DNA from: Candidatus Omnitrophota bacterium
GTDB taxonomy: Bacteria; Omnitrophota; Gorgyraeia; Gygaellales; Profunditerraquicolaceae
Length of the DNA: 52,228 nucleotides
Reading direction: 5' to 3'
Assembly: GCA_028718245.1 (NCBI GenBank)
Contig: JAQUME010000002.1
Location: 1 to 52,228, forward strand
Numbering within the stretch: the first letter of the stretch is position 1; each line of letters opens with the position of its first letter. Of this stretch, positions 41,429-51,819 are shown piece after piece. The notes under the pieces are model-generated. The model made no database searches. It was not told the origin of the DNA and saw nothing but the letters and a program-made list of their open reading frames with translations. The position numbers were made by a program, and so were the translations under genes.

Positions 41429-42232
41429 TTAAACCGCGATTATGGAAATGCCTTTTTTATCCGCCAGACTGATGCTTGCCTCTTTATCTATGAAAAGAGT
41501 TTTGCCTGCCTCAAAGGCAAGACAGGCGGCCTTTGCTTTAGCAAGGTTTTTTACGGTATTTAACCCCACGACAGGGATATCAAAACGCATATCCTGGTTT
41601 GGCTTGCTCACTTTGACGAGCACAAACCTACCCCGGGATATCTTCCCTGCCCGGCGGATCAGATTGTCCGTCCCCTCCAGGGCTTCAACCGCGACAATGG
41701 CCTTGGATTTGACCGCCACTGTCTGGCCGATATCCAAACTAGCCACTGCCTTAGCCAGGCCTAGGCCGAAATAAATATCCTCCCAGGTGTCAAAATCCGG
41801 CTCGCGTTTAGTAAGGGTGCCTTTTTTAGGCAGATGCTCGTCGATAAATGTGGTGGAGTCCAGAAGATTGAGCCCAGCTTCCTCCAGGCGCTGGGCTACC
41901 GCGCCGAAAAGAGTATCGGCCTTCTTGTCCCTCAAGCTGGCTAATATCTGCTTTAATTCTTCGCTTTTATTGATCTCCCCGCTGAATAACCTGCGGGGGC
42001 TGACTTGTCCGGCCATAACTACATTATTAACCCCTTCGGCCCTGAAGATATCGAACATCTTGGGGAAATCAGCCAGCTTCAGCCAGTATATTTTATCAAC
42101 GAGATTGCTTAATTTCGGGGAGGTGTCCCCTTTGATGGCAACAGCGACGATACAGCAGCCTTTTTTCCTGGCGCTGGCGGCAAAAAGCAGGGGAAATTTT
42201 CTGTTCCCGGCGATCAAACCTATCTTTTCCAT
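41429..42232 (-). CDS. lpxI: UDP-2,3-diacylglucosamine pyrophosphatase LpxI (DUF1009)
   Basis: IGLIAGNRKFPLLFA N-terminus, LDIGQTVAVK and VAVEALEGTDNLIRRAG motifs. Located in the lpx cluster. Confidence 0.8.
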   Translation of the reverse strand: MEKIGLIAGNRKFPLLFAASARKKGCCIVAVAIKGDTSPKLSNLVDKIYWLKLADFPKMFDIFRAEGVNNVVMAGQVSPRRLFSGEINKSEELKQILASLRDKKADTLFGAVAQRLEEAGLNLLDSTTFIDEHLPKKGTLTKREPDFDTWEDIYFGLGLAKAVASLDIGQTVAVKSKAIVAVEALEGTDNLIRRAGKISRGRFVLVKVSKPNQDMRFDIPVVGLNTVKNLAKAKAACLAFEAGKTLFIDKEASISLADKKGISIIAV

Positions 42233-42317
42233 AATCTTCGCCCCTTAGATGGGGACACCCTTCCGATTGGTTTCAGAAACGTCCCTGCTTTGGGTTTAAG
42301 AACGTCCCTATCTGGAG

Positions 42318-43097
42318 CTACCTGGCGGAGCGGGAGATGCCGCGCTCTGAACTCCTGGCAAAATTCACCAGGTACAATATCTCTTCGGTCTTCTCCGTCT
42401 CCTTTTCCGCCTTTTCCAAAGCATGTTTCAGGGAGAGGCCGGAGTTAAAGAATATCTTAAAGGCCTGGTCGATCTTTCTGATGGAATCATTGGAGATGCC
42501 ATTACGCCTTAAGCCGATAAGGTTCAAGCCATATACGCGCGCCGGGTGGCCGTCGCAGGTAGAAAACGGGGGGATATCCTGGACCACCTTGGAGCATCCG
42601 CCGATGATCGAAAGTTTGCCTATCCTGACGAACTGGTGGATGGCGACGATGCCGCCGACCACTGCCTTATCTTCAATAGTCACATGGCCTGCCAGGGTGC
42701 AGTTATTGGCCAATACGCAGCCATTACCCACCACGCAGTCATGGGCAATATGCGAATAAGCCATAAGCAGGTTATTGCCTCCTACAACCGTCTTTCCGCC
42801 ATCTTGCGTCCCCGGGTTAAGGGTGCAATATTCGCGGATGATATTATTATCGCCGATCTCTAAGAAAACTTTCTCGCCTTTAAACTTAAGGTCCTGGGGA
42901 CGGCTGCCGACTACGGCACCGGTGAATATTTCACAGCCCTTGCCGATAGTAGTGTTGCCTTCGATCACGCAGTGGCTGCCGATTTTAGTATCAGCTCCGA
43001 TAACCACATTATCGGAGATCACGCTGAAAGCTCCGACGCTGACACTATCGGCTAATTTTGCTTTTGGCGAAACTATTGAGCTGGGATGTATCTTCAT
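42318..43097 (-). CDS. lpxA: Acyl-ACP--UDP-GlcNAc O-acyltransferase
   Basis: Left-handed beta-helix hexapeptide repeats, IHPSSIVSPKAKL N-terminus, and a helical C-terminal domain with GLNLIGLRRNG. Confidence 0.9.
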   Translation of the reverse strand: MKIHPSSIVSPKAKLADSVSVGAFSVISDNVVIGADTKIGSHCVIEGNTTIGKGCEIFTGAVVGSRPQDLKFKGEKVFLEIGDNNIIREYCTLNPGTQDGGKTVVGGNNLLMAYSHIAHDCVVGNGCVLANNCTLAGHVTIEDKAVVGGIVAIHQFVRIGKLSIIGGCSKVVQDIPPFSTCDGHPARVYGLNLIGLRRNGISNDSIRKIDQAFKIFFNSGLSLKHALEKAEKETEKTEEILYLVNFARSSERGISRSAR

Positions 43098-43099
43098 AT

Positions 43100-44395
43100 T
43101 TAATTCTCAACTAAGGCGAACATCAGGTCTGCCTCGGCTACCACTTTGCCACTAACCAGGGCCTTACCGTGCACAGAACCGATCTTTGAACGCATCTTGC
43201 CTGCCTGAACCTCAAAAACCAGCTGGTCCCCGGGCAGGACCGTCTTCCTGAATTTAGCGTTGTCAATGGCCATAAAGAAAGCAAGCTTCCCGCGGTTCTC
43301 GGTACTCGCCAGCATCATCACCCCGCCGACCTGGGCCATGGCCTCAAGGATAAGTACTCCCGGCATGACCGGGCGTCCCGGAAAGTGGCCTTTGAAAAAA
43401 TAGTCGTTTATGGTCACATTTTTGTACCCCACCGCGCGCTTGCCTTTTTCCAGGTGGGTTATCCGGTCAACGAACAAAAAGGGCTGGCGGTGCGGCAGGA
43501 TCTTCATGATCTCATTGATATCCAAAGCTCCATCCATAGAATCGGCTCCTTTGTTTTTCATTCTACCCTCATAAAGTTTGGCCGCGGCCTTTAAATTCAG
43601 GGAATGCCCGCTTTTTAAGGCGATCACATGGCCTTTGATAGGGCAGCCGGCCAGATAAAGATCCCCGATCAGGTCAAGTATCTTGTGCCTGACAAACTCA
43701 TCCTTAAAACGCAAACGATTCCTGATCACCCCTTCTTTGCCGACGACCAGGGTATTCTCGTAATTGGCCCCCAGGCCCAGGCCCTGGCTTTGCAATTCAG
43801 CTGCTTCCGTCTCAAGACAAAAGGTGCGCGCAGGGGCGATCTGGCTCTTAAAGGAATCCGGGCTGACGGTTATCTCCAGGAATTGCGCCTCAAGCAGAGG
43901 ATGGTCATAGTTTAAGGTATAGGAAACCTTGAATTCTTTAGAAGGGACAATGGTGATGGAAGAGCCCCCTTCCTCGACCGAGATAGACCCCTTGACCGCA
44001 TAGACATACCTCTCTTTATCCTGCTCTTTGATCCCGGCTTTTTCAACCGCCTCCACAAAATTCACCGCGCTTCCGTCTAATCCGGGAAGTTCGTTAGAAT
44101 CTATTTCCACGTCAATATTATCTATCCCTAAGCTGGAGAGGGTTGCCATAAGATGCTCCACGGTCTGCACCTCGGCTCCCTCACCACCGATAGAAGAGCG
44201 GCGGCTGAATTTAGGAGAAGAATACAATGACGCTACATCGGCTTTTATCCTGGGAGAGCCCTGGATATCCGCGCGGATAAAGGCCACCCCGGAATCTGCC
44301 GGAGCGGGCCTTAAGGTAATGTTGACCTTATTACCCGTATGGATGCCTGCGCCGGATAGCGCGACCTCTTTAAGAATAGTCCTCTGTTTTTCCAT
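43100..44395 (-). CDS. lpxC-fabZ: Bifunctional UDP-3-O-acyl-GlcNAc deacetylase / 3-hydroxyacyl-ACP dehydratase (LpxC-FabZ fusion)
   Basis: The N-terminal half has [16 protein letters not shown] and VEHLMATL (LpxC). The C-terminal half has [13 protein letters not shown] and [22 protein letters not shown] (FabZ hot-dog). Confidence 0.9.
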   Translation of the reverse strand: MEKQRTILKEVALSGAGIHTGNKVNITLRPAPADSGVAFIRADIQGSPRIKADVASLYSSPKFSRRSSIGGEGAEVQTVEHLMATLSSLGIDNIDVEIDSNELPGLDGSAVNFVEAVEKAGIKEQDKERYVYAVKGSISVEEGGSSITIVPSKEFKVSYTLNYDHPLLEAQFLEITVSPDSFKSQIAPARTFCLETEAAELQSQGLGLGANYENTLVVGKEGVIRNRLRFKDEFVRHKILDLIGDLYLAGCPIKGHVIALKSGHSLNLKAAAKLYEGRMKNKGADSMDGALDINEIMKILPHRQPFLFVDRITHLEKGKRAVGYKNVTINDYFFKGHFPGRPVMPGVLILEAMAQVGGVMMLASTENRGKLAFFMAIDNAKFRKTVLPGDQLVFEVQAGKMRSKIGSVHGKALVSGKVVAEADLMFALVEN

Positions 44396-45433
44396 TTATT
44401 TTTTTTCTAACTTTTTTTCCAGCTCTTCGATCTTCTTCTTCAATTCCTTGACCAGGTCGAACAGCTTAGGCAGGTTTTGCAGGCTGGCATTGACTCTTTG
44501 CGAGGTCATAAAGGGCCGGGCCGGATAGCCTGAAACCATGGTATCAGGAGGGACAGATTTACTCACTCCTGACTGCGCGGTCACCACGGCATTGTCTCCG
44601 ACGGTAATATGGCCCACGAGTCCGGCCTGGCCGGCTAAAGTAACGTTATTGCCGATAATGGTAGAGCCGGATATGCCCACCTGGGCGACGATCAGAGAGT
44701 TCTCTCCGATGATCACATTATGGGCGATCTGAACAAGGTTGTCGATCTTGGTCCCGCGGCCTATGACTGTTTTATCAAAACGCGCCCGGTCGATAGTGAC
44801 ATTGGCCCCGATCTCCACATCATCGCAGATCTCAACCGTCCCCACCTGGGGGATCTTGTGGTGCAGGCCTTTGATGGTGGCAAAACCAAAACCATCGGAA
44901 CCGATCACGGTCCCGGAATGGATGATCACCCGGCTGCCGATAGAGACGCGCTCCCGTATGGATACGTGCGGATAGACTAAAGTATTGGCTCCGATCCTGG
45001 TGTGGTGGCCGACGAAACAGCCGGCATAAATTATGGTATTATCCCCTATGGTCACATTGTCCCCGATGACCGCGTAAGGCCCGATAGCCACATCCTTGCC
45101 CAGAGTGACATTCTTACCCATGACTACGGTATAATCCAGGCCCTTGGGATGGCCGGCTTCATCGGGAGTGATCAGAGAGATGACCTTGGCAAATGCCAGG
45201 GAGGGATTCGCGGTCAGGATGATCGGCTTAGAGGTCTTCTGCGCTTCCTCCGAGGTAATAATTGCCGCGGCGCGCGTTTTCTCCATAAGCGGCATATACT
45301 TGGGGTTAGCCAAAAAAGTAATATCGCCTTCTGCGGCCTCCTTGATCCCCGAAGCGCCGGTGATGAGGATATTGCCGTCGCCGACTACCTTGCCGTCAAT
45401 GAGCCGCGCTATCTCTTTGAGTGTTTTCTGCAT
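44396..45433 (-). CDS. lpxD: UDP-3-O-acylglucosamine N-acyltransferase
   Basis: N-terminus [16 protein letters not shown], extensive hexapeptide repeats, and a C-terminal coiled coil. Confidence 0.9.
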   Translation of the reverse strand: MQKTLKEIARLIDGKVVGDGNILITGASGIKEAAEGDITFLANPKYMPLMEKTRAAAIITSEEAQKTSKPIILTANPSLAFAKVISLITPDEAGHPKGLDYTVVMGKNVTLGKDVAIGPYAVIGDNVTIGDNTIIYAGCFVGHHTRIGANTLVYPHVSIRERVSIGSRVIIHSGTVIGSDGFGFATIKGLHHKIPQVGTVEICDDVEIGANVTIDRARFDKTVIGRGTKIDNLVQIAHNVIIGENSLIVAQVGISGSTIIGNNVTLAGQAGLVGHITVGDNAVVTAQSGVSKSVPPDTMVSGYPARPFMTSQRVNASLQNLPKLFDLVKELKKKIEELEKKLEKK

Positions 45434-45443
45434 TGAGGACCTG

Positions 45444-45944
45444 CTATTTACCTTTATTCAATATATCAATGATCTGGCTGGTAATATCCATGTTTTTGGA
45501 CTGATAGACCAGGACCCGGTCATTAAAAACCATGGTGTAGCCTTCCTTCTCGGAATACTTCTTCACCGCCTCTTCGATATCCTTGAGGATCTCCTTCATT
45601 CTCTCTTCCTGCTCTTTACGCAGCTCTGCCTGCTTTTTCTGGTCGTATTCCTGCAGGGCTTTTGCCTTGGCCTGAAGCTCCCCCTGTTTTTCTTCCCTCT
45701 GCTTATCGTTGAGCAGGTTTATTTTATCCTGAAAGGACTTTAACTCCTCGACCTTCTTATCCCGTTCATCGGTATAAACTTTTTCCTTGTCGCTTAAGCT
45801 CTTGTCGTATGTCTTGGTTTTTTTGTATTCGCTAAAAGTCCGGCTCAGGTCGATATAGCCGAATTTATCCGCTGCCTGCGCAGAACCCAGGAATAAAACC
45901 AAAGAAAAGATCACGCCCCCTAAAACCACCGCTGCCTTTCTCAT
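45444..45944 (-). CDS. skp: OmpH/Skp periplasmic chaperone
   Basis: Signal peptide, then a Lys/Glu-rich coiled-coil body. Lies between bamA and lpxD as usual. Confidence 0.85.
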   Translation of the reverse strand: MRKAAVVLGGVIFSLVLFLGSAQAADKFGYIDLSRTFSEYKKTKTYDKSLSDKEKVYTDERDKKVEELKSFQDKINLLNDKQREEKQGELQAKAKALQEYDQKKQAELRKEQEERMKEILKDIEEAVKKYSEKEGYTMVFNDRVLVYQSKNMDITSQIIDILNKGK

Positions 45945-46030
45945 CTTGTCTCCTCCTTATATGTTTATTTTGAATATTTTTCTATCTCTAATCGGCCTAC
46001 ATTCTACCTACTACCTACTATCTACTGATC

Positions 46031-48391
46031 TTAAAACCCGTGGCTGGCGCTGAAGTGGAACCTGCCGTCTCCGCGGTCTTTTTCGCCGGGAAGTTTATCC
46101 AAAGGTATACCGTAATCCAGCATTATCGGCCCGATGGGGGTCTTGATACGAAGCCCTAAGCCTATGCCGGATTTAAGGCGCCCGGTGTTAAGCGGGCTGG
46201 TTGTATCCTTGTTTGAAAAAATATCCCCCAGTTTTTCCCACACATTACCTACATCATAGAAAGCCGCTATTTTTAAGAAGCTGAATAAGGGATAAGTATA
46301 TTCTATGTTGCCCACTGCCATGGCGTCGCCGCCCAAAGGATCATTAGAGCCGGGGTCAAGCGGGCCGACCTTTCTTTCTTCATAACCTCTAATAGTGTAC
46401 GCGCCGCCGGCAAAAAATCTCTCGTAAATAGGTATTTTTTTGGTGTTCTTGTAGGGATCAGCCAAGCCGACCCTGCCTCTTACCTCAAGCACAGCTCCCC
46501 GGGGCATGGGGAAATAATGCGAAGCCCGGCCGGTGAATTTCCAGTAATCCTTGTCCCCTCCTACCGGGCCGCCGGCAAAATCAAAGCCCGCAGTCACCAG
46601 GTTACCTTTCCTGGGCTCAAAGACATTATCCCTTGAGTCAAAGGTCAGGCTCGGGGAAATAGTGCTGACTACGTTCTTGCCCACCTCATCCCTCAAGTCA
46701 TTAGTGGCATCATCCGAAGGATTGCTGATATCTATTTCATCTAAGCGGTACATGATATCCGCCCGCAGGTATTCCGATAATTCCCTGCCCAGGCGCAGGT
46801 CTCCGCCTGTGATCTTTTCGTCATAACCGTACCCTACGTCGGAATCCCGCTTGTGCGTGCGGCGGTAGAGGTCAAAACCGAAAGAAACAGGATAATCAAA
46901 GAGCCAGGGCTCGGTAAAGCTCAACTCATAACCGTTGCTCAAATTTCCGACGGAGGCGCGGATTTTCAGGTCCTGGCCTGCGCCGGTAAAGTAGGGCCAG
47001 TTCTTCCAGTCAAAATTCTTCTGCTCTACCTCCACAAAACCCACGAACTGGTCGACCGTGGAGTAACCGCCGCCGAAACTGAATGACCCGGTCTTGGTCT
47101 CTTTCACATCCACGACCAGATTCTTCTTATCCGGCTCCTTTGTTTCCTCGGTATCGTAGCTTACTTCGTCGAAATACCCCAGGTTCTGCAGCCGCTCTTT
47201 GCTGCGGCGCAGTTTCTCGCCGTCAAATTTATCCCCCGGATGGATCCTCATCTCCCTGCGCACAACCACATCCTTGGTCTTGATATTCCCGCGTATCTTG
47301 ACCTTATCCACGTAGGCAACCTGGTTTTCGGTGATCGCGTAGGTTATGTCCACGCGGCCGGTATCCGGGTTCACGATGGTCGTCTCCTGGACCTGCGCCG
47401 AAATATAACCGCGGTCAAAATACAGGCCCTGGATATTGATGATATCGCTCTTCATCGCCTCCGCGCTGTAAACCTTTCCCGGGACGCAGTCGGTCAGGCG
47501 GCTTAAGATCTCTTTTTCACTGATATCCTTATTGCCCCGCACGATAACCGAGCCCACAAGATATTTCTTGCCTTCGGTGATCTTGATCGTGATATACAAC
47601 AAATAGTTTTTGGCTGGATCGGCCTTTACTTCATTATCAACTTTAACATCCGTGAAGCCTTCGCGCTGATAGAATGATTTTACCCGCTCCATATCCTCCT
47701 TGAGCACCTCATCCTTTAAGACCCCGGCGTTAAAAAACCAGGCGCGCTTGGTCTTCAATAGCTTCAGGATGCGCCCGCTAGAGAAGGATTTGTTCCCCTC
47801 GACAATGATATCCTTGATGCGCACCTTCCTGCCCTCTATGACATTAAAATATACCTTGGCCTTGTTCGTCTGGGGGTCAACATCTACCTTATAGGTAATA
47901 TCCGCCTGGCTGAAGCCCATCTTTTCATACATCTTCTGTAATGTACGCACATCTTCGGTCAGGGAGGGATAATCCAGATACTGCGTTTCCCGGGATTTCA
48001 GCTGCTGCTTTAATTTATCATCCTTGAGGGTAATCCGGTTGATCCCGGAAAAGCTGATCTTTTCAATGATCGGCCTTTCAGAAACCGTGACGATAACTTT
48101 CAGGCCGTCCTTATAATCCTGTGTGTCGATCTTTATATCGCTGAAGAAACCGAGGAGATAAAGCCTTTTTAAATCGTCGCTGATAATATTTTCCTGGTAG
48201 GGTGAGCCGATGCGCGTCTTCATCTTGGAAACGATGACGTTGGTAGAGATGGCCTTATTGCCCTTGACTTCTATGGCGGTAACGTTTTTTAAGGCCTCCG
48301 GAGCCGAAGGGGTATCTTCTACGGCAAAAGCGGGAAAACCTGCGCCGAGGAGGAAAAAAGCGGTTAAAAATATTGAGATTGATCTGCGCAT
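46031..48391 (-). CDS. bamA: Outer membrane protein assembly factor BamA
   Basis: Signal peptide, five POTRA-like repeats, and a C-terminal beta-barrel ending in RFHFSASHGF (terminal Phe). Confidence 0.95.
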   Translation of the reverse strand: MRRSISIFLTAFFLLGAGFPAFAVEDTPSAPEALKNVTAIEVKGNKAISTNVIVSKMKTRIGSPYQENIISDDLKRLYLLGFFSDIKIDTQDYKDGLKVIVTVSERPIIEKISFSGINRITLKDDKLKQQLKSRETQYLDYPSLTEDVRTLQKMYEKMGFSQADITYKVDVDPQTNKAKVYFNVIEGRKVRIKDIIVEGNKSFSSGRILKLLKTKRAWFFNAGVLKDEVLKEDMERVKSFYQREGFTDVKVDNEVKADPAKNYLLYITIKITEGKKYLVGSVIVRGNKDISEKEILSRLTDCVPGKVYSAEAMKSDIINIQGLYFDRGYISAQVQETTIVNPDTGRVDITYAITENQVAYVDKVKIRGNIKTKDVVVRREMRIHPGDKFDGEKLRRSKERLQNLGYFDEVSYDTEETKEPDKKNLVVDVKETKTGSFSFGGGYSTVDQFVGFVEVEQKNFDWKNWPYFTGAGQDLKIRASVGNLSNGYELSFTEPWLFDYPVSFGFDLYRRTHKRDSDVGYGYDEKITGGDLRLGRELSEYLRADIMYRLDEIDISNPSDDATNDLRDEVGKNVVSTISPSLTFDSRDNVFEPRKGNLVTAGFDFAGGPVGGDKDYWKFTGRASHYFPMPRGAVLEVRGRVGLADPYKNTKKIPIYERFFAGGAYTIRGYEERKVGPLDPGSNDPLGGDAMAVGNIEYTYPLFSFLKIAAFYDVGNVWEKLGDIFSNKDTTSPLNTGRLKSGIGLGLRIKTPIGPIMLDYGIPLDKLPGEKDRGDGRFHFSASHGF

Positions 48392-48433
48392 TTATATTTA
48401 TTATATAGGAGCGATACCCCTAAATCAAACAAA

Positions 48434-49795
48434 TTATTCTACCCGGGCCAGGTTATCAAACCTGGTAAATTCCTTGATAAAGGCCAGTTTCATTGATCCT
48501 ACCGGGCCGTTACGCTGCTTGGCAATGATCGCCTCGGCTACCCCCTGATTATCGGGCGAAGGATTATAATACTCCTCCCTTAAAATAAGCACGACTACAT
48601 CGGCATCCTGCTCGATAGCCCCGGATTCCCTTAAGTCCGAAAGCTGCGGCCGGTGGTCGGTGCGCGACTCTACCGCGCGGGAAAGCTGGCTGATGGCAAT
48701 GACCGGTACATTCAGCTCGCGCGCCAACGCCTTAAGCGAGCGCGATATCTCGGAGATCTCCTGTTGCCTGCTCTCCATATTCATAGCTGAACCGCGCATC
48801 AGCTGCATGTAATCCAGGATGATCAATTTTATGCCGTGGTGCGATTTCAAACGCCGGGCCTTGGCGCGCAGCTCCATTACGGAGATCGCCGGCGTATCGT
48901 CAATATAGATAGGGGCCTCGGAGAGTTTGCCTGCGGCTGCGGTCAGGCGCGGCCAGTCGCTGGTAGCAAGATACCCGGTCCTGACTTTATGCGCATCCAC
49001 CCGCGCGTGGGAGCAAAGCATCCTCTGCACCAGCTGCTCCTTGGACATCTCTAAGCTAAATACCGCAGTAGGCACCTTTTCGATCACCCCGGCATATTCG
49101 GCTATCCCTAAAGCAAAAGCACTTTTGCCCATTGAAGGCCTGCCGGCAATGATGATCAGGTCCGAAGGCTGTAAGCCGGCAGTCTTAATATCAAAATCCA
49201 CATACCCTGTGGGGATACCGGTCACATGCGCCTTATTCTGATAAAGCCTGTCGATCGTCTCAATGGAATCCTTGACGATCTCCTTTAAGTGCAGGTAAGT
49301 ACCCTGGTTTTTCCGGTCGCTGACCTCAAAGATAAGCCGTTCGGCTGAATCTACGATCTCGGCGATATTGCCCTGGCTTTCATGGCAGAGGGTGATCACC
49401 TTGGTTGAATTATTGATCAATGTCCTTAATATATATTTCTCGCGGACGATATTGGCATAATGGTTGATATTGGCCGAGGTAGGCACTGCGTTGGCCAGGG
49501 AGGTAAGGAAGCTGGCCCCGCCGACAGCGTCAAGGGAGCCGTCCTGCTTTAAGGCGTCGATAAGGGTGATCAGGTCCACCGCTTTATTGGCATTAAAAAG
49601 GTCGCTTATCGCCTGGAATATCTTCCTGTGCGTATCTTTGTAAAAACAGCCGGCATCCAGCTTCTCAACGGCCACGGATACCGCCTCTTCATCCAGGAGC
49701 ATAGAACCAAGGACAGCCATCTCCGCCTCAAGATTCTGCGGCGGCAGCTTATCCAGGATCACGTCCTGCGGAGATATTATTTTTTGACTACCCAT
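48434..49795 (-). CDS. dnaB: Replicative DNA helicase DnaB
   Basis: PPQNLEAEMAVLGSML N-terminus, Walker A GRPSMGKSAFAL, Walker B LIILDYMQLM, and IAKQRNGPVG. Confidence 0.95.
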   Translation of the reverse strand: MGSQKIISPQDVILDKLPPQNLEAEMAVLGSMLLDEEAVSVAVEKLDAGCFYKDTHRKIFQAISDLFNANKAVDLITLIDALKQDGSLDAVGGASFLTSLANAVPTSANINHYANIVREKYILRTLINNSTKVITLCHESQGNIAEIVDSAERLIFEVSDRKNQGTYLHLKEIVKDSIETIDRLYQNKAHVTGIPTGYVDFDIKTAGLQPSDLIIIAGRPSMGKSAFALGIAEYAGVIEKVPTAVFSLEMSKEQLVQRMLCSHARVDAHKVRTGYLATSDWPRLTAAAGKLSEAPIYIDDTPAISVMELRAKARRLKSHHGIKLIILDYMQLMRGSAMNMESRQQEISEISRSLKALARELNVPVIAISQLSRAVESRTDHRPQLSDLRESGAIEQDADVVVLILREEYYNPSPDNQGVAEAIIAKQRNGPVGSMKLAFIKEFTRFDNLARVE

Positions 49796-50220
49796 AGTTT
49801 AAGTTTGGCAATTACTTCCGGATGCAGCTTTATTGGAATTTCATAGGCCCCTAAAGATTTTATCGGTTCAGGCAGGTCAATGAGATTTTTATCTACGACA
49901 AAACCCTCCTCTTTAAGCGCAGAGGAGATATCATTTACGTTTATGCTGCCGTATAATTTTTCATCTTCCTGGGTAAGCGCCGAGATGCTCAGGGATAGCG
50001 CGCTCAAGCGCTGCTGCAGGCCTATGGCCTCTTCTTTGGCTTTAGCGTTTTGCGCGGACTTTAAGCTGGCCTCATGCTCGAGCTTTTTTAAGGCCTCTCC
50101 TGTCGCCGGTACAGCCAGGTTATGGGGAAAAAGAAAATTCCTGGCAAAGCCTTCTTTGACCTTTACCACCGTGCCTGCCTTGCCTATCTTTTCCACATCC
50201 TTTTTCAGGATAACTTCCAT
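49777..50220 (-). CDS. rplI: 50S ribosomal protein L9
   Basis: MEVILKKDVEKIGKAGTVVKVKEGFARNFLFP. Confidence 0.95.
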   Translation of the reverse strand: MEVILKKDVEKIGKAGTVVKVKEGFARNFLFPHNLAVPATGEALKKLEHEASLKSAQNAKAKEEAIGLQQRLSALSLSISALTQEDEKLYGSINVNDISSALKEEGFVVDKNLIDLPEPIKSLGAYEIPIKLHPEVIAKLKLWVVKK

Positions 50221-50224
50221 AGTT

Positions 50225-50500
50225 TTAGCGGGTATAAGGAATAAGCGAAAGAAATCTGGCCTTATTGATCAGCTCTCTGATCCTTCTCTGGTGCCTGGCG
50301 CAATTACCGGAAAAACGGCTGGATACGATCTTGCCTCTCTCGGTAATAAAGACCTCAAGCCGCTTTATGTCCTTATAGTCTATGCTGCCTAATTTATCCG
50401 CACAGAACCTGCAGAACCTCTTTCTCACCGGGCCGTGCAGGTCCTTCTTTTTCTTGATGATCTTCTTGTCTTTTCCAAAACCCCTGGTCTTAACTTTCAT
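50225..50500 (-). CDS. rpsR: 30S ribosomal protein S18
   Basis: FCRFCADKLGSIDYKDIKRLEVFITERGKIVSSR. Confidence 0.95.
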   Translation of the reverse strand: MKVKTRGFGKDKKIIKKKKDLHGPVRKRFCRFCADKLGSIDYKDIKRLEVFITERGKIVSSRFSGNCARHQRRIRELINKARFLSLIPYTR

Positions 50501-50945
50501 TCGCTTCTTCCTCGCTTTCTGCTAACCATGTTAATTCACTGCTGGGCTCTAACCCCGGCTGCTCTGGCCCTGACTGCGCCTGGACCGGCTGCTGGCTGCT
50601 TTGTGCTCTACCCGAGGGCGCTCCCATGAACTGCACCCGCTCTGCCCTGACCTCGATCACCGAGCGCTTGGCGCCGGTATTATCCTCCCAGGAGCGGGAC
50701 TGCAGCCTTCCCTCGACGAATACGGCACTTCCTTTATGCAGGTACTGGTTACAGGTCTCTGCCTGCTTATTCCAGACCACTGCCGTAATAAAACAGACCT
50801 CTTCTTTTAATTCCTGCTCCTTGGTGCGGTACTTGCGGTTCACCGCCAGGCGCAGGTTGGCTACCGCCGTTCCCTGCGGAGTGTAGCGTAATTCCGGGTC
50901 CTTAGTGAGGTTGCCCATTAACAATACTTTATTATAACTGGCCAT
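50490..50945 (-). CDS. ssb: Single-stranded DNA-binding protein
   Basis: OB-fold N-terminus YNKVLLMGNLTKDPELRYTPQGTAVANLRLAVNR, a Gln/Pro/Gly-rich linker, and an unusual tail ending SEEEANES. Confidence 0.9.
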   Translation of the reverse strand: MASYNKVLLMGNLTKDPELRYTPQGTAVANLRLAVNRKYRTKEQELKEEVCFITAVVWNKQAETCNQYLHKGSAVFVEGRLQSRSWEDNTGAKRSVIEVRAERVQFMGAPSGRAQSSQQPVQAQSGPEQPGLEPSSELTWLAESEEEANES

Positions 50946-50956
50946 ATAGATTCTCC

Positions 50957-51247
50957 TTAAGCATCCATTCTGGTAAAAAGTACCCTTAATATATTTTCAT
51001 TAAGCTTGTAGGCGTGGCGGATATCCTTGATCGCCTCAGAGGGCGCGGTAAAAGCCGCCAGATAATAGACCCCTTCCCCGAACTTATTGATCGGAAAACA
51101 CATCTTGCGCCTCTCGGCCCAGACCCCTGATTGGGTGACCTGGCCTTTATACTTGATTATGGCGTCGTCGATCTGCTTGAATAACGCCTTTTTATCTTCG
51201 TCGGATAAATCCGGTTTGACGATCACCATTGCTTCATACTTATTCAT
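50957..51247 (-). CDS. rpsF: 30S ribosomal protein S6
   Basis: MNKYEAMVIVKPDLSDE... typical S6 N-terminus, in the rpsF-ssb-rpsR-rplI order. Confidence 0.9.
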   Translation of the reverse strand: MNKYEAMVIVKPDLSDEDKKALFKQIDDAIIKYKGQVTQSGVWAERRKMCFPINKFGEGVYYLAAFTAPSEAIKDIRHAYKLNENILRVLFTRMDA

Positions 51248-51819
51248 TTGATCTCCTTAGAGTTAAACATATTCATGCTCTCTTCTATCCCCTTTTCCAC
51301 CCAGCTAAGTACGCAGCTGACCGCTCTTTCTCTTGCCTCCTCGATCAGCGGTTTTTCTCTCCTTGAAAAACCCCTAAGAACATATTCGGCGGCATCCATT
51401 GATCCCGGCGGCCTGCCTATCCCGACGCGAAGGCGCGGGAACTCCCGTGTAGCGATCTGTTCAATGATCGACTCAAGGCCCCTGTGGCCTGCGCTTGTCC
51501 CGGCAGGCCTGATCTTTATCCTACCCGGCTCAAGATCCAGGTCGTCGCAGACTACCAGAAGGTTTTCGGAAGCAACCTTGTATTTCTTAAGCAGGGCTTT
51601 GACCGCGACACCGCTTAAATTCATAAAGGCCTGCGGCATGGCCAATATTATGCTGTGCCTGCCGAGTGAGCCGGTTCCGGTTACGGAAAAAACCGAACGG
51701 TCTCTTTTAAGGCTGACTTTTAAAGAACGGGCTAACGATTTGATCACCGAGGATCCGATATTATGCCGCGAACCCGCGTAGAGCAAACCCGGATTCCCCA
51801 AACCTACGATCAACTTCAC
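51244..51819 (-). CDS. pth: Peptidyl-tRNA hydrolase
   Basis: LIVGLGNPG, SRHNIG and GTSAGHRGLESI motifs. Confidence 0.95.
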   Translation of the reverse strand: MKLIVGLGNPGLLYAGSRHNIGSSVIKSLARSLKVSLKRDRSVFSVTGTGSLGRHSIILAMPQAFMNLSGVAVKALLKKYKVASENLLVVCDDLDLEPGRIKIRPAGTSAGHRGLESIIEQIATREFPRLRVGIGRPPGSMDAAEYVLRGFSRREKPLIEEARERAVSCVLSWVEKGIEESMNMFNSKEIK

